DNA of 24,000 nucleotides from Candidatus Nomurabacteria bacterium (GCA_020631895.1 JACKGR010000002.1:1-24000), one strand, 5' to 3'. Shown: positions 15,797 through 23,059, counted from the stretch's first letter. The notes: a model not told the origin generated them from the sequence alone. Made by a program: numbers and translations.

Positions 15797-17384
15797 TAGA
15801 TTCTTAAACTTCATTCGTACGCACAAAATTTTAAGTATAGTGTCTGTTATATCTTTGTTTTTAGTAATATTATTGTCTCAGTTTGGTTTTATTGAGGTAA
15901 ATATAAAACAAGACAATCTAAAATCTGATACTAAAGTAAAATTACTAAATCAAAAAACATCTAAAACTACCTCTAAAAAAACTAACACCTCCTCAATTAA
16001 AAAACTTGTAAGAAGGGGTACTTACGAGGTATCGGTTTTTAACAAAGCAGGTACGAGTTTTAATATTAAGTCAGTTGGCGGATTTCTAAGAACAACCAAG
16101 TTGTCGGCAAATCTAAAATCAGAGAACTATAGCGAGTTTATCGGTTACAACCCTAAAGCCTGTGTAAACTACAATAAAATTGTAGCAGTATCCTGGGGTT
16201 GCACAAGTGATACAAGCGTATTTACAATTCATCACCCAGCTATTGGTCTTCAGCCCACCTACAATGAATCCGGTCCCAGGGTATTAACTGGCAGACCAAT
16301 ACAAAACCAATCCTCCAGTAATAACGGAGAATATGAGGAAACTGCAGATGAATTAAGTGGAACAATTGAGGGGATTTTTGAATCTAATGGTTCTAATTAC
16401 ATGCTAATTAGAGAGGTTGGCTATGGGGGATCAGACTATCAACATGTTATCTACAGTTTAAATGGTAGTTATCAAATTGGCAAAAGAACCGTTGTGTCTG
16501 GTTTGGATTCCAAAAAACTATACAAGATAGAGGGAATGGGTAATGGATTCTTGATTTATGATACGTCTATGACAGATTTTTATAGATATGACACAGTTGA
16601 GTCTAAACCTAAAAAAGTTAGTTTTAATTCACCAGCAAACGATCAGATTAAGCCAAGCCTTGTTAAAGTGTCTGGTTCAAAAATTTTTATATTATATTCA
16701 AACTATATTAAAGATGGAGAGACAGACATAGCTACAAAAGATTTAATAAACACGGTAGTTACTGTTGACTCAAACTCAAACAACTCACAATCGTTTGATG
16801 GTATGTATGTAGATCAATTCAGTACATGTGGAAACGGATTTTGTATTCTATCAAATGGCACACTAAAAATTTATGGACTAGTTAAAAACAAACCAAAATA
16901 TTTATACGAGATAAAACAAGTTAATACAATCATTAATGTTGGTAAGGTTTTATTAGTCTCAAAGCCAGACGGTACGGTTAGTCTATCGGTCGATAGCAAG
17001 TCAGGTTACTTTGGACATACAAATAACGGTCTTGAATCCTGCGGTATAGTTTATGTTCACATAGATTATTATGTTGAATGTGTGATTGATAAATATAAGA
17101 GACGATCACTACTGAGCGTTGATACAACAAAAAATAGCCAGACAAGAATAAGCAAAGTAGTTAATGATATATCAAATATTAATAACGTAACTGGTATTTC
17201 AGTCTATAAAAAATCTATCCTAATCACGCCAGATGCAGGAGAATTTACATATATTCCATCCATAAAGAGCTATGGCTACGATCCAGAAATTCAGAAGCAA
17301 TCGATATCAGATTTAAAATCATCTATAAATAAGTTAGATTTTGATTTATCTGGCTATAAAATTTATATAGTTGGTGATAACTAA
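15780..17384 (+). CDS. hypothetical N-terminally membrane-anchored protein (AT-rich orphan, last gene of the operon)
   Basis: 534 aa. AGGAG lies 6 nt upstream of the ATG, inside the preceding gene (17-nt overlap). One N-terminal TM segment (ILSIVSVISLFLVILLSQFGFI). The remainder is N/K/S/Y/I-rich with 6 Cys and no motif I recognise. Confidence 0.7.
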   Translation: MLYHFNRFLNFIRTHKILSIVSVISLFLVILLSQFGFIEVNIKQDNLKSDTKVKLLNQKTSKTTSKKTNTSSIKKLVRRGTYEVSVFNKAGTSFNIKSVGGFLRTTKLSANLKSENYSEFIGYNPKACVNYNKIVAVSWGCTSDTSVFTIHHPAIGLQPTYNESGPRVLTGRPIQNQSSSNNGEYEETADELSGTIEGIFESNGSNYMLIREVGYGGSDYQHVIYSLNGSYQIGKRTVVSGLDSKKLYKIEGMGNGFLIYDTSMTDFYRYDTVESKPKKVSFNSPANDQIKPSLVKVSGSKIFILYSNYIKDGETDIATKDLINTVVTVDSNSNNSQSFDGMYVDQFSTCGNGFCILSNGTLKIYGLVKNKPKYLYEIKQVNTIINVGKVLLVSKPDGTVSLSVDSKSGYFGHTNNGLESCGIVYVHIDYYVECVIDKYKRRSLLSVDTTKNSQTRISKVVNDISNINNVTGISVYKKSILITPDAGEFTYIPSIKSYGYDPEIQKQSISDLKSSINKLDFDLSGYKIYIVGDN

Positions 17385-17388
17385 ATTA

Positions 17389-18486
17389 TTAGCTCTTCAG
17401 TGGCATAACAATATGTTGGTAGCCAGGTTGCTCTTTTGAGCTAAGTACACACGGGCTTATCGATCCGCTAAACCTAAATGTTATCTCATTAGTCTCAAAA
17501 CAGTTCAGCGCATCTGTTAAATATCTAACATTTAGGACTACGTTGCCATCACCGCTAACTTTTCCTGAAATACTTGAGGTGTTGTCACCAACTTGGCTAG
17601 CTACTGAACTAACCACGAGACTGCTGTCGGCCTCAGAAGCATTTAATGTAATACTGCCACCACTTTCTCTTGCAAATAGACCTGCGAGCTTAGCTGCAGT
17701 CAGAAGTTCTTCACGAACTATGGTTGCACTAATTTCACTCGACTCCGGGATCAATTGCTTGTACTCAGGATATTGTCCCTCGATAAGTCTACTAACTAAA
17801 GTTGTCTCCTCACACTTGAGTCCAAACTGACCATCCTCAAATTGCATTGTCACAGTCTTCTCGCTAGTGTCTTGTAGTATTTTCAGAACATCTTGCAAAG
17901 TTGAAGTTGGTACAATCGAGTTTTTGATATCAGCCTCAATACTAAGAGCTGATTCAGCTAGTCTATATCCATCAGTAGCTGCAATGTAAAGTTGCTTATC
18001 GATTGTATGAAACAAAACTCCACCTAAAACTGGTCGAGAATCATCATGTGAGGCAGCCAGCATTGTTCTAGTTAAAGTCTGCTGGAGACTCTTTGTATCA
18101 ACTACCAGACTTTCTTTTGTACTAAGTGTCGGCAAAGCAGGGTAGTCATCAGAAACTGTTCCCTGTATGTGTGAGCTATAAGATCCGGCAGTAATTAAAA
18201 GCTTGTTCTTGTCAAAAAATAGCTCGATTGTCTCATTTTTTGGAAGTTGAGATATAAAGTCTGTAAATAATCTCGCTGGTACGGTAACTGATCCCTCTTT
18301 TTCAATTTTACCCCTAGCAGTGTGGGTGATTGCTACCTCAAGGTTAGTGGCTGATAACTCTAGAACACCATTTTTTACACTAAGAAGTATATTCGACAAG
18401 ATAGGTAGGGGGCTTTTTGTTGAGGCTACGCGAGATAGCAAGGTTAAGGCTTTATGTAAGTTATTTTGAGTTATTTGAATTTTCAT
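17389..18486 (-). CDS. dnaN: DNA polymerase III beta sliding clamp
   Basis: 365 aa. MKIQITQNNLHKALTLLSRVASTKSPLPILSNILLSVKNGVLELSATNLEVAI is a typical DnaN N-terminus, and length and position after dnaA agree. AAGGAG lies 5 nt upstream of the ATG. Confidence 0.95.
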   Translation of the reverse strand: MKIQITQNNLHKALTLLSRVASTKSPLPILSNILLSVKNGVLELSATNLEVAITHTARGKIEKEGSVTVPARLFTDFISQLPKNETIELFFDKNKLLITAGSYSSHIQGTVSDDYPALPTLSTKESLVVDTKSLQQTLTRTMLAASHDDSRPVLGGVLFHTIDKQLYIAATDGYRLAESALSIEADIKNSIVPTSTLQDVLKILQDTSEKTVTMQFEDGQFGLKCEETTLVSRLIEGQYPEYKQLIPESSEISATIVREELLTAAKLAGLFARESGGSITLNASEADSSLVVSSVASQVGDNTSSISGKVSGDGNVVLNVRYLTDALNCFETNEITFRFSGSISPCVLSSKEQPGYQHIVMPLKS

Positions 18487-18754
18487 AAATTCTCCTTATT
18501 TAGACCAGACTGTTATTAATTGTCTTTTATTTTTTAAACAAATAGTAGTAATAGTAGGCACAGTGGAAACAGTGTATAAACCGGTCGACATTACCTGTTG
18601 GAAGGATGCATATTGCCTGTGGATTTGTGATAGTAAAGACGCAGATTGGATACTAGACTTACCCACACACACTAAGTTACTAAGTAGATTTTGTGGGTAA
18701 GTTAGACTTCTACACAAAGTTTTACTTGCCTTGTCAGAAGGTTGTACACATTTT
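18487..18754. other. dnaA-dnaN intergenic DnaA-box cluster with AT-rich tract (oriC candidate)
   Basis: DnaA-box-like 9-mers against the TTATCCACA consensus:
- TTACCCACA, 18659-18667, 1 mismatch.
- TGTGGGTAA, 18692-18700, 1 mismatch, inverted. These two form a perfect 10-bp inverted repeat, CTTACCCACA / TGTGGGTAAG.
- TGTGGATTT, 18618-18626, 2 mismatches.
- TTGTACACA, 18742-18750, 2 mismatches.
An AT-rich stretch spans 18511-18558. Confidence 0.55.
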
Positions 18755-20089
18755 TTACCCATGTAGTTTCTCCCGTATTTCTTGAACATGCTGGCGCATA
18801 ACAAAGTCATGACCAATCAGTGATTCAACTTTATCAACAGAGTGTATTGCTGTAGTGTGGTCTTTTCGGCCAAGTTCAGTGGCAATTTTAGGAAAACTCA
18901 TGTGTAGCTCGCTTCTTAGTAGGTACATTGCAACTTGCCTTGGTGTAACAATATCTTTATCTCGTTTTGCGCTGACAATATCAGAGAAGGGGATATCAAA
19001 ATGGCTGGCGGTCTTCTCGACTATACCTTTGGGTGTGAGGTGTCTAGGTCGAGTTTGCTTACCTTTTATTAGAGCTTGGGCGGTTGCAATGTCAGGCTCT
19101 ATGTTTCTGAGTTCACAAAAGGCGAGTAATTGATTTAAAGATCCCTCAAGTTCACGAATATTGGTTTGAATAGCCTTAGCAAGCACATCAATCACTTCAT
19201 CACGTAGTATCACGCCGTGACTACTAGCTTTTGCCTGTAGTATTGCCTGGCGAGTCTCAAGATCTGGTGGTTGAATATCAATTGCCATACCCCATTCGAA
19301 CCTACTTCTAAGCCTCTCCTCTAAAGTTGGGATGGCTTTGGGTGGTTTATCACTAGTTAGGATAATTTGTTTGTTCGCTTGGTGAAGTGCATTGAAGGTA
19401 TGGAAGAACTCTTCCTGAGTTTTTTCTTTACCAGCAATAAACTGAATATCATCAATAATCAAAACGTCGGCACTTCGGTAGCGATCAGCAAATCCCTGCT
19501 TTTTGAATCTAATACTATCTAAAAACTCGTTTACAAATGTTTCTGTTGATACATATACAATTCTTGATTCTGGGTGATTTGTCTTTATTCCATTGCCAAC
19601 AGCTTGAATTAGGTGTGTTTTACCTAGACCAACACCACCGTATATAAATAGGGGATTGTATTTTGTGCCAGGGTTTTGAGCAATCGCTTGGCAGGCTGCA
19701 TAGGCGAATTCATTGCCTGACCCAACTATAAAGTTTTCAAAATTATACTTCTCGTTAATTACTGGTGCGGCATTAGGTCTGGGTTTTGTAGCTTGTGCCG
19801 TTTGGGCTTGAGTTGCTACGGATTCAGATTTTTGGCTTGATGGGCTAGTGGTAGCGATTGAGTAGACTATCCGTTTTGGCTTAAGTCCATGCTTCTCTAA
19901 TAGACCTTTTATTGTGTCGGCGTATTTAACTTCAAGTTGTTGTTTGGCAAAAATGTTAGGGACTTTAATAGTTGCTACGTCGTCAGTCGACTCAGCAAGT
20001 GTAGTGTTTCTGAACCAAGTTATAAAACTTGCTCGAGAAACAGACACTTCAATTTCGGCTAGAATTGCCCTCCAGATACCCTCGTCCAT
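18755..20089 (-). CDS. dnaA: chromosomal replication initiator DnaA
   Basis: The track ORF starts at TTG 20122. The first ATG, at 20089, gives MDEGIWRAILAEIEVSVSRASFITWF. Walker A GGVGLGKTHL, Walker B VLIIDDIQF, and domain IV RQVAMYLLRSELHMSFPKIATELGRKDHTTAIHSVDKV are all present. The exact start is uncertain (20089 vs 20122). Confidence 0.95.
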   Translation of the reverse strand: MDEGIWRAILAEIEVSVSRASFITWFRNTTLAESTDDVATIKVPNIFAKQQLEVKYADTIKGLLEKHGLKPKRIVYSIATTSPSSQKSESVATQAQTAQATKPRPNAAPVINEKYNFENFIVGSGNEFAYAACQAIAQNPGTKYNPLFIYGGVGLGKTHLIQAVGNGIKTNHPESRIVYVSTETFVNEFLDSIRFKKQGFADRYRSADVLIIDDIQFIAGKEKTQEEFFHTFNALHQANKQIILTSDKPPKAIPTLEERLRSRFEWGMAIDIQPPDLETRQAILQAKASSHGVILRDEVIDVLAKAIQTNIRELEGSLNQLLAFCELRNIEPDIATAQALIKGKQTRPRHLTPKGIVEKTASHFDIPFSDIVSAKRDKDIVTPRQVAMYLLRSELHMSFPKIATELGRKDHTTAIHSVDKVESLIGHDFVMRQHVQEIREKLHG

Positions 20090-20122
20090 GATCCTCACAT
20101 TTTCTTTGTTTATCTCCACCAA

Positions 20123-20338
20123 GTATACAGGCTAAACAGAGTTTTCCACAACCCATTTTGTAGTCTAAAATTACTCGACCACTTACAGGCAGTTATCCAC
20201 ATCAGGATATTAACAGATGAGAATATGTGTACAAAACGATAGGCTGTGTGGATAAAAGAAATATGATATAATGAAAAGCATTAAATTTCTAGAATCGTTG
20301 AAACATAATATTAACTAGCGCAAGAGGAGTATAATTTA
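20123..20338. other. rpmH-dnaA intergenic DnaA-box cluster (dnaA promoter/autoregulation and/or second oriC part)
   Basis: Perfect TTATCCACA at 20193-20201. Perfect inverted TGTGGATAA at 20247-20255. TTTTCCACA at 20142-20150 (1 mismatch). AT-rich sequence spans 20256-20320. Confidence 0.6.
20264..20272 (+). promoter_or_regulatory. extended -10 promoter candidate for rpmH-rnpA-yidC-jag
   Basis: TGATATAAT (TGnTATAAT) at 20264-20272, about 66 nt upstream of the rpmH ATG. The -35 region coincides with the DnaA box at 20247-20255. AGAGGAG Shine-Dalgarno at 20323-20329. Confidence 0.4.
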
Positions 20339-20476
20339 ATGCCAAAAAGGACATTTCAGCCTAAAAAAAGACACGCCAAGCGAAACCATGGTTTCCGTGT
20401 GCGAATGAGTTCTGCCAACGGTCAGAAGACTCTCAAGAACAGACGACTTAAGGGTCGTGCTCGTTTAAGCTACTAA
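20339..20476 (+). CDS. rpmH: 50S ribosomal protein L34
   Basis: Too short for the ORF track. My translation is [45 protein letters not shown] (45 aa, TAA stop). This matches the canonical L34 sequence pattern and the canonical position between dnaA and rnpA. Confidence 0.95.
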   Translation: MPKRTFQPKKRHAKRNHGFRVRMSSANGQKTLKNRRLKGRARLSY

Positions 20477-20509
20477 TTATTACCACACAAAGTTTGGTAG
20501 AGTAGGTCT

Positions 20510-20857
20510 ATGCTTGCAAAACAGTTTCGGTTTCATGGATACGGTAGCCTTAAGTTTTTATATAACAAAGGCAAGGTTGTTCGTGCCCGATTTGTTAATC
20601 TTAAATATATATCCAATCCCAGGCGCGAGGATTCAAGGCTAGCTGTTGTTGTAGCAAAAAAAGTGTCTAAAAAAGCACCAGTCCGAAACCGAATCAGGCG
20701 GCGACTTTATGAGGCAGTTCGACTCCATTGGCCAATGCTCAAACCAGGTCAGGACATGATAATTACTGTATTTGATGAGAATATTGCCAACATTTCTTCA
20801 ACTGAGCTTAATAAAATCGTAGTAGAACTTCTGACAAAAGCCGATCTCTATAAGTAA
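20510..20857 (+). CDS. rnpA: ribonuclease P protein component
   Basis: 115 aa, basic. AVVVAKKVSKKAPVRNRIRRRLYEAVR matches the RnpA RNR motif region. Synteny is rpmH-rnpA-yidC. Confidence 0.9.
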   Translation: MLAKQFRFHGYGSLKFLYNKGKVVRARFVNLKYISNPRREDSRLAVVVAKKVSKKAPVRNRIRRRLYEAVRLHWPMLKPGQDMIITVFDENIANISSTELNKIVVELLTKADLYK

Positions 20858-20887
20858 GATACTAGAATCTACCCCTGAAGCTATGGT

Positions 20888-21937
20888 ATGATGGGTTATA
20901 TGTTTCAGACTTTTATTGTTCAGCCAATCTATAATATTTTAGTCGCGCTATACGGAGTTTTGCCAGGCCATGATCTTGGTGTTAGCTTAATATTGTTCAC
21001 AGTTTTGATTCGACTCTTGCTCTGGCCACTTCTTAAAAAGCAACTTCACCAGAGTAAAGTAATGCGCGAGCTTCAGCCAGAACTTAAAAAAGTTAAAAAG
21101 GCGGCAAACGGAGATAAGCAAAAAGAGGCAGCTCTGATGATGGAGCTTTATAAAGAGAAGGGGATTAGTCCGTTTGGGTCAATTGGCTTAACTCTGGTTC
21201 AGCTACCGATCTTTATCGGAGTGTTTCAGGCGGCGCGAGATTTAACACTTCATCTAGATAAGCTAGAGACATTCACCTATAGTTTTGTAAGGAATATTCC
21301 TCATATTCAATCAGTTATCGCAGATCCAAAAAACTTTGACTTTGTATCACTCGGTTTTATCGATCTTAGTAAAAAAGCCTTCGAGGGAGGCTCGCCTTAT
21401 TTTCCAATCTTAGCTCTAGCGATTGCCGCGACAGTCTTTCAGTTTATTCAATCAAAACAAATTCTGCCTCAACCAAAAGAGAAAAAGACTCTACGCGAGA
21501 TATTAAGACGAAGTGCCTCTACCGGCAAGCAACCTGACCAAGAGGATATGTCAGCAGCTATGACTGGCTCTATGTTATATCTCATGCCTTTACTTACAAT
21601 GATGTTCGCTGTTGCAGCCCAGGGTGCTATGGTTGTCTATCTCCTTGCCAGCAGCTTAATCGGTATCTTCCAACAATCCCTTATCTTTAAGAAGGATACC
21701 AGTGAGATGGAAGCAGAAGTCGTATCTGTTAAAAAGACCCCAGAGAAAACTTCGAAAGTTCAAGAAGCTCAAATAATTGACGAGGAACCAGCAGTAGTAG
21801 AAGAAATGTCAGAACAAAAAATTAATAAAAAAGGTAAGGTTGTTACCAAGACTCGGATAATCTCTCCGAGTGGAGGCAGTAGTGACAGCCAGAATAAATC
21901 TAGGAGCAAGCGAAAATCTAAAAAAAGGAGGAAGTAA
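20888..21937 (+). CDS. yidC: membrane protein insertase YidC (short, monoderm type) with K/R-rich C-tail
   Basis: 349 aa. GVSLILFTVLIRLLLWPLLKKQLHQSKVMRELQPELKKVKK...MMELYKEKGISPFGSIGLTLVQLPIFIGVF is the conserved YidC/Oxa1 core. There is no large periplasmic domain. The C-terminus is SKRKSKKRRK. Alternative ATGs at 20891 and 20900. Confidence 0.9.
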   Translation: MMGYMFQTFIVQPIYNILVALYGVLPGHDLGVSLILFTVLIRLLLWPLLKKQLHQSKVMRELQPELKKVKKAANGDKQKEAALMMELYKEKGISPFGSIGLTLVQLPIFIGVFQAARDLTLHLDKLETFTYSFVRNIPHIQSVIADPKNFDFVSLGFIDLSKKAFEGGSPYFPILALAIAATVFQFIQSKQILPQPKEKKTLREILRRSASTGKQPDQEDMSAAMTGSMLYLMPLLTMMFAVAAQGAMVVYLLASSLIGIFQQSLIFKKDTSEMEAEVVSVKKTPEKTSKVQEAQIIDEEPAVVEEMSEQKINKKGKVVTKTRIISPSGGSSDSQNKSRSKRKSKKRRK

Positions 21938-22401
21938 TGATAGACCGCGATAAGTCGATAGAAATGGCTCAAAAATTTCTTGAGGACGTACTGTCATTCT
22001 TTGGCCTTAACACCGTAGTTCACTCATCAGTCGACGAGGATGTGATTGAGTTGTCCGTTCCGTCCACTCATCTAAATGGCTTTCTAATCGGTCAACACGG
22101 CGAGACTTTAAGAGCCCTCCAGGCCTTGGTTAGTACAATGCTAAAAAGCTCCGTGGCTGAACTTAACCGAGTAAATATTGATGTAGCCGACTACAAAAAA
22201 CAGCGAGCTGACAACCTACGAGATCAATTGGCCGACTGGGTAAAAACTGTCCGTGATAAAAAAGAGCCACTAGCTTTAAAACCGATGAACTCCGCCGACA
22301 GGCGCACAATTCATAAAGGCCTAGAGGATTACAGCGACGTCACCAGCCACTCCGAGGGCGAAGCCCGCGACCGCCACATAGTTTTAGAGTTCCAGTCCTA
22401 G
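21937..22401 (+). CDS. jag: Jag/KhpB-type RNA-binding protein (KH + R3H domains)
   Basis: 154 aa. LIGQHGETLRALQALV (KH-like GxxG) and PMNSADRRTIHKGLEDYSDVTSHSEGEARDRHIVL (R3H). AAGGAGG lies 5 nt upstream. The start overlaps the yidC stop in TAATG. The position after yidC is canonical. Confidence 0.85.
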   Translation: MIDRDKSIEMAQKFLEDVLSFFGLNTVVHSSVDEDVIELSVPSTHLNGFLIGQHGETLRALQALVSTMLKSSVAELNRVNIDVADYKKQRADNLRDQLADWVKTVRDKKEPLALKPMNSADRRTIHKGLEDYSDVTSHSEGEARDRHIVLEFQS

Positions 22402-22733
22402 GAAAAAACGGCTTGAAGAATCTCAATAAGATTTCTCTGACTATCAGCTTTAAGACTTCCATCATAACTTACGATTCTTTTCTTAGATATGCTCCTGATG
22501 TGATCGCACGCTACTGATGCCCTAGCTGATCTGTGGTTAATCGTAAGCCGAAACGGCCAGTTTTGAATAGTGTGGGTTAGAGGAGCGATAATAACTGTTC
22601 CGAGGTTACTATTAAGTTCGTCTGGTGAAACAATGACACATGGACGAGTTTTTTTAATTTCTCGCCCAACCGTTGGATCAAGATTTACCCAATAAATATC
22701 AAATCTTGAGATTGGTCTTTGTTGTTTAGTCAC
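22398..22733 (-). CDS. mazF: MazF/PemK-family type II toxin (mRNA interferase)
   Basis: RFDIYWVNLDPTVGREIKKTRPCVIVSPDELNSNLGTVIIAPLT is the PemK/MazF signature. The track ORF starts at ATG 22757. I prefer GTG 22733 because GGAG lies 9 nt upstream, the lead-in before RFDIYWV is then 9 aa, and the overlap with the antitoxin stop is 8 nt. The start is uncertain. Confidence 0.85.
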   Translation of the reverse strand: MTKQQRPISRFDIYWVNLDPTVGREIKKTRPCVIVSPDELNSNLGTVIIAPLTHTIQNWPFRLTINHRSARASVACDHIRSISKKRIVSYDGSLKADSQRNLIEILQAVFS

Positions 22734-22980
22734 CGAGTGAGTCTCCAGCAAGTGCATCCCAGTCGCTTAGTTCAGGGTCCTCTATATCGTTGCAGCCAGA
22801 TTGTCGAATCGCTTCAGTCCAACCAGCTCTGGGATCTTTTGTTTCTCGGATAGTAACTATACCTTGTTTTGCCTCAATTTCTACAACACCAGATAGACCA
22901 CTCATCTCGAGCAGTGTTTTGGGTATTCTAACAGCCGTACTGTTGCCATCCTTAACTAGTTTTGTTCTAATGCTTGCCAT
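22726..22980 (-). CDS. mazE: AbrB/MazE/SpoVT-fold antitoxin
   Basis: 84 aa. TKLVKDGNSTAVRIPKTLLEMSGL is a swapped-hairpin AbrB/MazE DNA-binding motif. The C-terminus is acidic. It lies immediately upstream of, and overlapping, the toxin gene. Confidence 0.8.
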   Translation of the reverse strand: MASIRTKLVKDGNSTAVRIPKTLLEMSGLSGVVEIEAKQGIVTIRETKDPRAGWTEAIRQSGCNDIEDPELSDWDALAGDSLGD

Positions 22981-22989
22981 GGTGGTTAC

Positions 22990-23018
22990 ATTGTACCCAC
23001 TGGCAGATACAAAGTCAA
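22990..23018 (-). promoter_or_regulatory. sigma70-like promoter of mazEF with overlapping palindrome
   Basis: On the minus strand: TTGACT (23018-23013), 17-nt spacer, TACAAT (22995-22990). The ATG lies 9 nt after the -10, so the leader is very short or absent. The palindrome TACA-A-TGTA overlaps the -10 and is a candidate operator. Confidence 0.45.
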
Positions 23019-23059
23019 GCTAAATTGCCCTAATAAACATAAACGTGTTTAATGTATGT

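Noticed and set aside
1-17384. Calling the T4SS-like region an integrative conjugative element or plasmid remnant (mobile_element feature)
   Set aside because: No integrase, relaxase, transposase, tRNA target or flanking direct repeats are visible in the window. The only compositional oddity is the last gene. There is not enough evidence to annotate a mobile element, and the left boundary lies outside the window.
18496-18816. 106-aa minus-strand ORF spanning the dnaA-dnaN intergenic region
   Set aside because: It overlaps the dnaA 3' end and the DnaA-box and AT-rich region, and it has no Shine-Dalgarno. The sequence is better explained as origin or regulatory DNA.
21769-21997. Two minus-strand ORFs (67 and 62 aa) across the yidC-jag junction
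   Set aside because: They lie antisense to the Lys/Arg-rich yidC tail and the jag start, with low-complexity translations. The sense genes are well supported.
22790-23023. 77-aa + strand ORF opposite mazE
   Set aside because: It is the antisense shadow of the antitoxin gene. The mazE product has the AbrB/MazE motif and a strong promoter, while this + strand ORF has neither a motif nor a start context.
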